DNA of 64,000 nucleotides from Alphaproteobacteria bacterium (GTDB lineage Bacteria; Pseudomonadota; Alphaproteobacteria; GM7ARS4; G965262615): NCBI GenBank assembly GCA_965262615.1, contig OZ253545.1, positions 864,001 to 928,000 of the forward strand, read 5' to 3'. Shown piece by piece: positions 1 to 7,431 of this stretch (position 1 is its first letter; each line of letters starts with the position of its first letter). The notes under the pieces were generated by a model. It saw only the letters and a program-made list of their open reading frames with translations, ran no database searches and was not told where the DNA came from. The position numbers and the translations under genes were made by a program.

Positions 1-24
1 GTCGGCGATTTTGGTGCGCGGCGC

Positions 25-753
25 ATGAGCCGTTGTTTGCTGGGTGTCAATTGCGACCACATTGCCACACTGCGTGAGGCGCGCGGCGGGACGCATCCCG
101 ATGTCATGCGCGCCCTGCCGCTTTTGAAAAAAGCGGGAGCGGACGGAGTCACCGTGCATTTGCGTGAGGATCGCCGTCACATTCACGATGATGATGTCGC
201 CGCTTTGTGCGGGCAGAATCTCTTGCCCATCAATTTGGAAATGGCGGCAACCGATGAGATGGAGTCCATTGCGCTTCGTCATGCCCCTCAGTGGTGCTGC
301 CTTGTGCCTGAGGGTCGCCATGAGCTCACCACCGAGGGCGGGTTGGATGTGGTGCGTTTGCATGAGGGTTTGGCACGGCGTGTGGCGCGGCTGCAAAGCG
401 GCGGCATCAAGGTGTCATTGTTTATTGAACCCGACAGCGCGCAAATCAAAGCGGCGGCGGACATCAAAGCCGATGCCGTTGAGCTGCACACCGGAGCGAT
501 GTCATTGGCAAGCGGGGACGCTCACGAGCACGAGTGGCGGCGCATTGAGGATGCCGCACGGATGGTGGCACAAACAAACCTTTTGTGTCACGGCGGGCAT
601 GGTCTCACCTATGACAATGTTTCGCGTTTGGTGGCATTGCCCATGGTGCGTGAGGTGAACATTGGTCATTTTTTGGTGGGGGAATCGGTGTTTGTGGGAT
701 TGTTTGAAGCAGTGCGGCGGATGCGTCAGGTGATTGACGAAGCGCGCTCATGA
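25..753 (+). CDS. pdxJ: Pyridoxine 5'-phosphate synthase
   Basis: LGVNCDHIATLREARG, VHLREDRRHI, NLEMA, LVPE..ELTTEGGLD, GHGL and NIGHF motifs; followed by acpS as usual. Confidence 0.97.
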   Translation: MSRCLLGVNCDHIATLREARGGTHPDVMRALPLLKKAGADGVTVHLREDRRHIHDDDVAALCGQNLLPINLEMAATDEMESIALRHAPQWCCLVPEGRHELTTEGGLDVVRLHEGLARRVARLQSGGIKVSLFIEPDSAQIKAAADIKADAVELHTGAMSLASGDAHEHEWRRIEDAARMVAQTNLLCHGGHGLTYDNVSRLVALPMVREVNIGHFLVGESVFVGLFEAVRRMRQVIDEARS

Positions 754-1148
754 TTATTGGCATTGGCATGGATCGCATTGCCACGCACCGCATTGCCCGC
801 GCGCTTGACAGATTTGATGAGCGCATGAAGGCGCGTCTGTTCACCAATGATGAGCGCGCCCTGTGTGACAGTCGGAATCTGTGCGCGGCGTGTTATGCCA
901 AGCGATTTGCGGCAAAGGAGGCGGCATCAAAGGCGTTGGGAACCGGTATGAGAGGCGGCGTGCGTTGGCGTGATATAGAGGTGGTGCGACTGGCAAGCGG
1001 TCAGCCATTACTGTGCTTGCATGGCGCGGCATACAATCGCTTGCAATCCCTTGTGCCTCAAGGCTACACGGCACAAGCTCACCTTACGATTACTGATGAT
1101 GACGAAACCGCGATGGCTTTTGTCGTGCTGGAAGCGGTGAAAATTTAG
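750..1148 (+). CDS. acpS: Holo-[acyl-carrier-protein] synthase
   Basis: IIGIGMD and YAKRFAAKEAASKALGTG motifs; ATGA overlap with pdxJ. Confidence 0.96.
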   Translation: MIIGIGMDRIATHRIARALDRFDERMKARLFTNDERALCDSRNLCAACYAKRFAAKEAASKALGTGMRGGVRWRDIEVVRLASGQPLLCLHGAAYNRLQSLVPQGYTAQAHLTITDDDETAMAFVVLEAVKI

Positions 1149-1450
1149 GATTCTATGTTAGAGCCAGCAATAAAGCCCAGTGCCAAAGTGACAATGGAAG
1201 AGAGAGCAAAAATGGCAGAGCGTATATTTTCGCCATCAACAAGGCATTCAGACCCCGTATAGGTGGAATAGAAACTAGATGCCGCAGAAATGAAAGCAAG
1301 AAACACGATGGCAATAATGCTATATTTTATTGCCCAGCTTGCCGTTTTTAGCCTAAAAAACTTCCTTTCATGGGAACGTTGCTCACCAACCATTTTAACA
1401 GTTTCTTTTCCCAGCTTCTTAGGTGTATTGACTTGTTGCTCTTCGTTCAT
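1145..1450 (-). CDS. Small two-TM membrane protein, candidate toxin partner of the upstream Panacea antitoxin
   Basis: 101 aa, two hydrophobic stretches, AT-rich; ATGA overlap with 1447..1926. Confidence 0.6.
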   Translation of the reverse strand: MNEEQQVNTPKKLGKETVKMVGEQRSHERKFFRLKTASWAIKYSIIAIVFLAFISAASSFYSTYTGSECLVDGENIRSAIFALSSIVTLALGFIAGSNIES

Positions 1451-1926
1451 GAGCTTGCTGCTTGCTTAAATTCATCAACGATAGATTCGTGAGTTATAAT
1501 AAATTTTTCACCTTTTTCGTGCGCCTTGCTCCAAGCACCATCTTTTTTGTGTGTGATATCAACAAGATCAAAGGCTGTCATGTGTCCGTATTTATTGAAG
1601 ACATCGTCAATGACTTGACTGCCCATCTTAAAATCATCACCAAAAACATAGGGGTGTTGGTCGCCAGAAAAAGTACATGCCTCTGTTATGAAGCCATCAC
1701 CGAATCTCTTAAATTCATAATAAACCTCTTCAATGACGGGTCCATACGCCCACGCTTGAAATGACACATCGGAAATCTTTTTGCCGTCAGATTTCGCCGC
1801 GTAATGTCCGTAACACAGGTAGAGAAGTTTTTGCAACTTTATGTGAGTCACCTTGATTGTGCGGCGCGATGCCTCAAACAAGACGGAATTGACAAAAGAA
1901 ACAACCTCTTTTTTGTTCAGTGACAT
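1447..1926 (-). CDS. Panacea (DUF4065/GepA/SocA-like) antitoxin domain protein
   Basis: KLQKLLYLCYG, FQAWAYGPVIEEVY and LVDITH...W motifs typical of DUF4065; minus-strand RBS AAAGGAGAGG at 1931-1940. Confidence 0.88.
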   Translation of the reverse strand: MSLNKKEVVSFVNSVLFEASRRTIKVTHIKLQKLLYLCYGHYAAKSDGKKISDVSFQAWAYGPVIEEVYYEFKRFGDGFITEACTFSGDQHPYVFGDDFKMGSQVIDDVFNKYGHMTAFDLVDITHKKDGAWSKAHEKGEKFIITHESIVDEFKQAASS

Positions 1927-1958
1927 GAAACCTCTCCTTTCGTCTTACGGATGCCTCT

Positions 1959-1988
1959 CTTATATCATATAAGCAATTTTTGCGTCAA
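1959..1988 (-). promoter_or_regulatory. Putative sigma70 promoter of the Panacea operon
   Basis: Minus strand TTGACG (1983-1988), 18 nt spacer, TATAAG (1959-1964) with extended TG. Confidence 0.55.
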
Positions 1989-2053
1989 TAACAGACAGAA
2001 AGATGAGCTTAATTATCTACTGGAAGCCGTGAAAGAATAAAATAACTGACTTT

Positions 2054-2133
2054 GTGTCGGGCTTCTCGCCGAATACAAAACCGTCAGGAAATAAGCGAGA
2101 GCCCTCGTCTGTGGCTTGTGCAAAGCCCGATAC
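2054..2133 (+). ncRNA. Structured RNA element copy 1 (C4/CI antisense RNA-like three-way junction)
   Basis: Closing stem GTGTCGGGCTT/AAGCCCGATAC; inner stem CTCGC/GCGAG around GAATACAA...GGAAATA; hairpin AGCC-loop-GGCT. Confidence 0.55.
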
Positions 2134-2136
2134 TTC

Positions 2137-2166
2137 TTGTCAGTGATGCGTGGAATTTGGTATAAC
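2137..2166 (+). promoter_or_regulatory. Putative sigma70 promoter for RNA copy 2 and the YHYH gene
   Basis: TTGTCA (2137-2142), 18 nt spacer, TG-N-TATAAC (2161-2166). Confidence 0.6.
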
Positions 2167-2217
2167 TGTCCTTACACAGCTTACATGCAGGCTCGACTTT
2201 TAGGGTTTTTACTCTAG

Positions 2218-2315
2218 GTCGGGCTTCTCACTGAATACAATACTGACTCGCAATTTTATTGTGAGAAGGGAATAGGTGGGAGCCTTACCTGCGTGTGGCT
2301 TGTGTAAAGCCCGAC
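2218..2315 (+). ncRNA. Structured RNA element copy 2 (C4/CI antisense RNA-like), with flanking complementary target sites
   Basis: GTCGGGCTT/AAGCCCGAC stem; compensatory inner stem CTCAC/GTGGG; extra hairpin 2247-2265; loop CCTGCGTGT and junction TGTGTAA are complementary to 2183-2191, 2172-2178 and 2338-2344. Confidence 0.62.
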
Positions 2316-2357
2316 ACCTTATGGGTGTCTCACCAAAACACGCAAGGAGGTAACGCT

Positions 2358-2534
2358 ATGAACAAGACGCTTTTGATGAGTGTTTTTGGCGCGTTCCTTT
2401 TGACATCCCCTGTTTCATCACACGATGTTGCCGCATGGTCGTCTTTCACGAGTGACCATGTCGCGCACAGTGGCGGAACGGATCGCAAGGGGTGTCATTG
2501 GGATCGCAAGAAGGATGTCTATCACTGCCACTAA
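2358..2534 (+). CDS. Small secreted YHYH-type protein (58 aa)
   Basis: GGAGG RBS at 2346-2350; signal-peptide-like N-terminus; C-terminal HSGGTDRKGCHWDRKKDVYHCH matches the HSGG.D..GCH.....YHCH pattern. Confidence 0.8.
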   Translation: MNKTLLMSVFGAFLLTSPVSSHDVAAWSSFTSDHVAHSGGTDRKGCHWDRKKDVYHCH

Positions 2535-2542
2535 AAACACGC

Positions 2543-2575
2543 GCCCTCTTCCTCGCGTGATGCGAGGGGGAGGGT
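2543..2575 (+). terminator. GC-rich hairpin, likely terminator after the YHYH gene
   Basis: GCCCTCTTCCTCGC / GCGAGGGGGAGGGT 14-bp stem (with G-U pairs), 5-nt loop; weak U tract. Confidence 0.55.
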
Positions 2576-2590
2576 TGTGTCATGATTTCT

Positions 2591-2625
2591 TGGCTTTTGT
2601 TGTGCTGGAAGCCGTGAGAGAATAG
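2591..2625 (+). repeat. Diverged duplicate of the acpS 3' end (a shorter copy lies at 2020-2040)
   Basis: TGGCTTTTGTTGTGCTGGAAGCCGTGA vs acpS 1114-1140 TGGCTTTTGTCGTGCTGGAAGCGGTGA, 25/27 identical; encodes AFVVLEAV. Confidence 0.85.
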
Positions 2626-2637
2626 AACATCTGTTTT

Positions 2638-2720
2638 GTGTCGGGCTTCTCGCCGAATACAAGACCATAAGGAAATAAGCGAGAGCCTTACCTGTGTGTG
2701 GCTTGTGTAAAGCCCGACAC
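2638..2720 (+). ncRNA. Structured RNA element copy 3 (C4/CI antisense RNA-like)
   Basis: Perfect 11-bp closing stem GTGTCGGGCTT/AAGCCCGACAC; 5' half like copy 1, 3' loop and junction like copy 2. Confidence 0.55.
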
Positions 2721-2731
2721 CTATGGGTGCG

Positions 2732-3142
2732 TCATGATTTCTTCTTGGCAGACGACTTCTTTTTGCTGTTCCATGTGGTGAGAACGGCGGGCAGAATCAT
2801 GCCGAGCAATAACACATAAAACGCCGCCAAGCCCGAGCCGTAAGGGGCGAGCATCATCAGCACCACTATCCAGACCGCCGCCACGCCAAACCATTGGGGT
2901 TGCAATCGTTTGTGCCAGATGATGCCGCAGCTCACCACGGCATAATAAGTCACCATCACCGTCAAGGACATCCACGCGGCAAAGGAATGACTCGCCTTAA
3001 CGCCGTCATAAAGGCTCACAACAATTGACATGCCAACAATTAAGGTGACCGCCGCCGCGCCCAAAGCCACATAGATGAGATAAAAGCCGATGGCTTCCAA
3101 CAAATTGCGCCGTGTGCGCCAATCAAACGGTTTGCGAAACAT
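2732..3142 (-). CDS. Hypothetical multi-pass membrane protein
   Basis: 136 aa, about 4 hydrophobic segments, Lys-rich tail; start overlaps the mcd stop. Confidence 0.7.
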   Translation of the reverse strand: MFRKPFDWRTRRNLLEAIGFYLIYVALGAAAVTLIVGMSIVVSLYDGVKASHSFAAWMSLTVMVTYYAVVSCGIIWHKRLQPQWFGVAAVWIVVLMMLAPYGSGLAAFYVLLLGMILPAVLTTWNSKKKSSAKKKS

Positions 3143-4782
3143 CAGCGTCCCACCAGACCGCGCACCACGACCTGTGCCTGAATTTCCGCCGCGCCCTCAA
3201 AAATATTGAGAATGCGAGCATCGCACAACACACGGCTGATTTCATACTCCAGCGCATAGCCATTGCCGCCGTGAATTTGCAACGCCGCATCGGCATTGCC
3301 CCACGCCACGCGCGCCGCCAGCAATTTCGCCATGCCGGCTTCTATGTCACAGCGTTTGTCCTCATCTTTTTCGCGAGCTGAGAAGAATGTCACCTGACGC
3401 GCCGCCATCACCTCACTCGCCATCAATGCCAGTTTGGTGGCAATGCGGGGAAAGTGCAGCAGTTTGTGTCCAAACTGTGTTCGGTCTGAGGCGTATTGCA
3501 CCGCCAGCTCCAACGCCGCCTGAGCCACACCCACCGCTCGCGCCGCCGTTTGAATGCGAGCCGATTCAAAAGTCGCCATCAATTGCTTAAAGCCCATGCC
3601 TTCCTCACCGCCCAGCAAGGAGGATTCAGGCACGACAAAATCATCAAAGGCAATCTCGTATTCCTTCATGCCGCGATAGCCCAGCACCTCAATCTCACTG
3701 CCAGAGATGTGTGAGTCGGGAAATGGATTGTCATCGGTGCCGCGAGTTTTCTCTGCCAAAAACATGCTCAAGCCGCGATAGCCTTTGTCATTTTTGTTGG
3801 TGCGCGCGAGCAGGGTCATCAAGTCACTGCGTGCGCCGTGGGTGATCCATGTTTTTGCACCGTGAATGTGATAGCCATCGGCTTGTTTTTCCGCCCGTGT
3901 GGCAAGACTGCCCAAGTCAGACCCCACATTGGGTTCGGTAAAGACCGCGGTGGTAAGGGTCTCGCCGGATGCGATGCGCGGCAGCCAGTGTTGTTTTTGT
4001 TCCTCCGTGCCGCCCAAATGAATGAGCTCGGCGGCAATTTCAGCCCGTGTTCCCAGCGAGCCCGCCGCCAGAAAACCCCGTGACAGCTCTTCGGTCACCA
4101 GACACATCGCCATCTTGCCCATGGAAAGCCCGCCGTATTTCTCATCAATGGCAATGCCAAAAACCCCCAGCTGCGCCATCTGATTGATGACCTCCATGTC
4201 AATGAGCTCATCGCGTCCATGCCAGGTCGCCGCATGGGGCTTGATTTCTTCCTCAGTAAAACGGCGAAATTGATCGCGCACCATAGAGAGCATCTCATCG
4301 CCCTCATGACTGTGTCCCATGTTGCCCTGCTGCAGCTGCGCCGCCAGTTCTTGAGTCAGCTCACGACTGCGCGCCCGTGCCATCAGGGCGGTGGATGATT
4401 CATCATTAAAAAATTCCTCATCGCCAAAGTCACTGGGGCGAATGAATTCCTGTTGATTCATGGGCAGTCCGCCCTTGAGCTGCGCGCAATACTCACCAAA
4501 CAGACATTGCACAATCAGCACATCCACAGGCGAAAGGCTACCACTGCCGTCCAAGCTTCGTGCCCAGCTGAGCATCTGCCGCAATGTCTCATAATAGGTG
4601 GCAATCCAACCGTAGCCGTGCGCCTCGTATTGATACTCGGTGAGGCGCGCCCCATCACACGAGCCATCCTCACGGCAGATTTGTTTGCGAACCACCGCCC
4701 TGACATGCTCCTCATACCGCTTGACTTCACTCAGAGCCTGCTCGGCATGGTGCAGCGCGTCTTTTGCATCAAGGGGTGTCAT
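3142..4782 (-). CDS. mcd: Acyl-CoA dehydrogenase, probably (2S)-methylsuccinyl-CoA dehydrogenase
   Basis: VFTEPNVGSDL, KTWITH, GYRGMKEY and IFEGAAEIQ motifs; long N-terminal extension; next to ccr and ecm. Start placed at the ATG overlapping the ccr stop. Confidence 0.85.
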   Translation of the reverse strand: MTPLDAKDALHHAEQALSEVKRYEEHVRAVVRKQICREDGSCDGARLTEYQYEAHGYGWIATYYETLRQMLSWARSLDGSGSLSPVDVLIVQCLFGEYCAQLKGGLPMNQQEFIRPSDFGDEEFFNDESSTALMARARSRELTQELAAQLQQGNMGHSHEGDEMLSMVRDQFRRFTEEEIKPHAATWHGRDELIDMEVINQMAQLGVFGIAIDEKYGGLSMGKMAMCLVTEELSRGFLAAGSLGTRAEIAAELIHLGGTEEQKQHWLPRIASGETLTTAVFTEPNVGSDLGSLATRAEKQADGYHIHGAKTWITHGARSDLMTLLARTNKNDKGYRGLSMFLAEKTRGTDDNPFPDSHISGSEIEVLGYRGMKEYEIAFDDFVVPESSLLGGEEGMGFKQLMATFESARIQTAARAVGVAQAALELAVQYASDRTQFGHKLLHFPRIATKLALMASEVMAARQVTFFSAREKDEDKRCDIEAGMAKLLAARVAWGNADAALQIHGGNGYALEYEISRVLCDARILNIFEGAAEIQAQVVVRGLVGR

Positions 4783-6026
4783 GATGCGCGCGCTTCCTCC
4801 AATGTGATCATTCCCGCCCGCTTGGCATTGACCAGCACCGCCATGTTGCCGGGTTCGTGTTTGTTGTTCATCATTTTCTCGTGGGCGGCGGGGATGTCCT
4901 TCCACGCAAAAGCCTCCGACATGCACGGGTCAATGCGTTTGTCAATGACCAGCTGATTGGCGCGGCTGGCTTGTTTGAGGTGGGCAAAATGACTGCCCTG
5001 CACGCGCTTTTGTCGCATCCAGACAAAGCGGGCATCCATCGTCAGACGATATCCCGTGGTGGCGGCGCAAAACACCACCATGCCGCCGCGTTTGACCAAA
5101 AAGCACGACAGCGGAAATGTCTGTGCCCCGGGGTGTTCAAACACCATATCCACATCCACGCCCTTGCCTGTGATATCCCAGATTGCCCTGCCGAATTCGC
5201 GGCATTGTGTCATGTAGTCTTTGAATGCTTTTTGGTCATCGGGGTCGGGGAGCGGTCCCCAGCAGTTGAAGTCGTTACGGTTGAGCACGGCTTTTGCGCC
5301 CAGTTTCATGACGAAGTCTTTTTTGCTTTTGTCCGAGACAACCCCAATGGCATGAGCTCCCACCACCGATGCCAGCTGCACCGCCATAGAGCCAATGCCT
5401 CCCGATGCTCCCCACACCAACACATTCTCGCCCGCCTTCAGATGATGGGGCTCATGACCAAACAACATGCGGTATGAAGTGGCAAGGGTGAGGGTGTAGC
5501 ATCCCGCCTGTTCCCATGTGAGATGAGGCGGACGCTTCATCAGCTGGCGTTCTTGGGCGCGAGTGAATTGAGCAAATGCGCCATCGGGAGTCTCATACCC
5601 CCAGATGCGCTGACTGGAGGAATACATGGGGTCGCCGCCGTTACATTCTTCGTCATTGCCAGCATCGCGATTGCAATGGACGATGACCTCATCGCCCACC
5701 TTCCAGCGCGTCACCCGATTGCCCACCGCCCAGACAACCCCCGAGGCGTCTGAGCCGGCAATGTGGTAGTCAGACTTATGCACATCAAACATGGAAACAG
5801 GAACGCCTCGCGATGCCCAAATGCCGTTGTAATTGACACCAGACGCCATCACCATCACCAGCACCTCATCATCCTTGATGGTGGGCACTTCCACCACTTC
5901 TTGCACCATGGCTTTGGAGGGAATTCCCTCGCGCTCCCTGCGAATGAGCCATGCATGCATGGAGGCGGGAACATGCCCAAGAGGTGGAATCTCGCCAATA
6001 TCGTAAAGGTCTTTGGTGTCGCTCAT
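4779..6026 (-). CDS. ccr: Crotonyl-CoA carboxylase/reductase
   Basis: KDLYDIGEIPPLGHVP, GVNYNGIWA, IWGYETPDG and WMRQKRVQGSHFA motifs. Confidence 0.95.
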   Translation of the reverse strand: MSDTKDLYDIGEIPPLGHVPASMHAWLIRREREGIPSKAMVQEVVEVPTIKDDEVLVMVMASGVNYNGIWASRGVPVSMFDVHKSDYHIAGSDASGVVWAVGNRVTRWKVGDEVIVHCNRDAGNDEECNGGDPMYSSSQRIWGYETPDGAFAQFTRAQERQLMKRPPHLTWEQAGCYTLTLATSYRMLFGHEPHHLKAGENVLVWGASGGIGSMAVQLASVVGAHAIGVVSDKSKKDFVMKLGAKAVLNRNDFNCWGPLPDPDDQKAFKDYMTQCREFGRAIWDITGKGVDVDMVFEHPGAQTFPLSCFLVKRGGMVVFCAATTGYRLTMDARFVWMRQKRVQGSHFAHLKQASRANQLVIDKRIDPCMSEAFAWKDIPAAHEKMMNNKHEPGNMAVLVNAKRAGMITLEEARAS

Positions 6027-6161
6027 GATAAAAGCCTCCTTGAAAGCGTTGCAAAATGAATGGCGCGTCTTTAATCTTTAGTGAGACAAAATGCTTTTGA
6101 CAAGGAGCGAAAGTGAAATTTCTTTGCACCGTGTTAAAGAAAGCGTATAGGAGGCAACGCC

Positions 6162-7394
6162 ATGCTAGACCAAAAAACATTAAAGCCCCGCACGATTTTC
6201 TGTCACGACAATTTGCCTATTTTGCGTGGTATCAACAGCAATTCCATAGACCTCATCTATCTTGACCCACCCTTCAACAAGGGCAAGAAGTTTCATGCCC
6301 CCATTGGCACAAAGGCAGAGGGGGCAAATTTTGATGATGTATGGTCAAAAGATGATGTGGATGATGCGTGGCACATTCAACTGGGTAAAACACACCCTCA
6401 CACCTGTAATTTCATAAGTGCTGTGGAAGGCGTGGGAAACGAATCAACAAAGTATTACATCATTTATATGGCGATGCGTTTGATGGAAATGAAGCGTATT
6501 CTCAAGGATACAGGAAGCATTTATTTACATTGTGACCCAACGGCAAGTCATTATCTTAAGTTATTGATGGATGGCATTTTTGGTAAAAATCGCCTCGTCA
6601 ATGAGATTATTTGGTGCTATCATGGACCCGGATCTCCTAACATGAAGCAATTTAACAGAAAGAGTGATACGATTTTTTGGTATGCAAAAACTGACCAATG
6701 GACTTTTAACAACAGTGCCATGCGTGTTCCCTACAAAAAAAAAGAGCAAGGATTAGTCGGTGCGATGTCTGCCGATGGTTCTGTTTCCCAAGAAGATGTG
6801 TTGGAACAAAGAAAGCGTGGCAAATTGCTGGAAAACTGGTGGATTATACGCATCGCCGCCAGAAGCAAAACAGAATATGTGGGCTATCCCACGCAAAAGC
6901 CACTGAAGCTTCTCACCCGCATCATTGAGGCTTCCAGCAATGAAGGGGATGTGGTGCTTGATCCATTTTGTGGGTGTGCCACCACTTGCGTGGCGGCTGA
7001 AAAACTTGGGAGACAATGGATAGGCATTGATGTGTCAGACAAGGCGTATGAATTGGTGAAAATTAGGATTAAGAATCAAGTCCCGCACAACATTCTTATA
7101 GAGGGAGACCCCATCTATAGAGAGGATATTCCCAAACGCACCGACATAGACTACAAAAGAAAACCAACTCCTGAAGATAAGGTAGTGCTATATGGTGAAC
7201 AAAGTGGCAACTGTAATGGGTGCAAAACCCATTTTGAAAGAATTGAGAATTTTCATATTGACCACATCATTCCAAAATCAAAAGGCGGGCATAATGAGAT
7301 AGACAATTTGCAGTTGTTGTGTGGTCATTGCAATAGCGTCAAAGGTGACAGACCGATGGAATACCTGCTGGCGCGCCTTGCCAATAATGAGTGA
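6162..7394 (+). CDS. N4/N6 DNA methyltransferase (beta-class motif order) fused to a C-terminal HNH endonuclease
   Basis: LIYLDPPF precedes YPTQKP and LDPFCGCATT; C-terminal CNGC...HIDHIIPKSKGG...NLQLLCGHCNSVKG; AT-rich; GGAGG RBS. Confidence 0.9.
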   Translation: MLDQKTLKPRTIFCHDNLPILRGINSNSIDLIYLDPPFNKGKKFHAPIGTKAEGANFDDVWSKDDVDDAWHIQLGKTHPHTCNFISAVEGVGNESTKYYIIYMAMRLMEMKRILKDTGSIYLHCDPTASHYLKLLMDGIFGKNRLVNEIIWCYHGPGSPNMKQFNRKSDTIFWYAKTDQWTFNNSAMRVPYKKKEQGLVGAMSADGSVSQEDVLEQRKRGKLLENWWIIRIAARSKTEYVGYPTQKPLKLLTRIIEASSNEGDVVLDPFCGCATTCVAAEKLGRQWIGIDVSDKAYELVKIRIKNQVPHNILIEGDPIYREDIPKRTDIDYKRKPTPEDKVVLYGEQSGNCNGCKTHFERIENFHIDHIIPKSKGGHNEIDNLQLLCGHCNSVKGDRPMEYLLARLANNE

Positions 7395-7431
7395 CATTGC
7401 ATATGATTGTCGTCATGAATAGACCGGTGAC

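Noticed and set aside
1979-2000. TTGCGT and ACAGAC as antisense targets of RNA copy 1
   Set aside because: Only 6-nt matches, and one overlaps the Panacea -35 box, so chance cannot be excluded.
2054-2315. Retron msr-msd (terminal inverted repeats)
   Set aside because: No reverse transcriptase in the window; the loop-target complementarity fits an antisense RNA better.
2425-2625. 66-aa ORF ending AFVVLEAVRE
   Set aside because: Runs through the YHYH gene and a hairpin; its end is just the duplicated acpS terminus.
2054-2720. Repeats as a CRISPR array or integron attC sites
   Set aside because: Units are 80-98 nt with irregular spacing, lack RYYYAAC/GTTRRRY ends, and no cas or intI gene is present.
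6049-7414. Possible target-site repeat flanking the methyltransferase-HNH gene (TTGCA..ATGA.TG..CGTC)
   Set aside because: Needs several gaps and mismatches over about 20 nt; not distinguishable from chance by eye.
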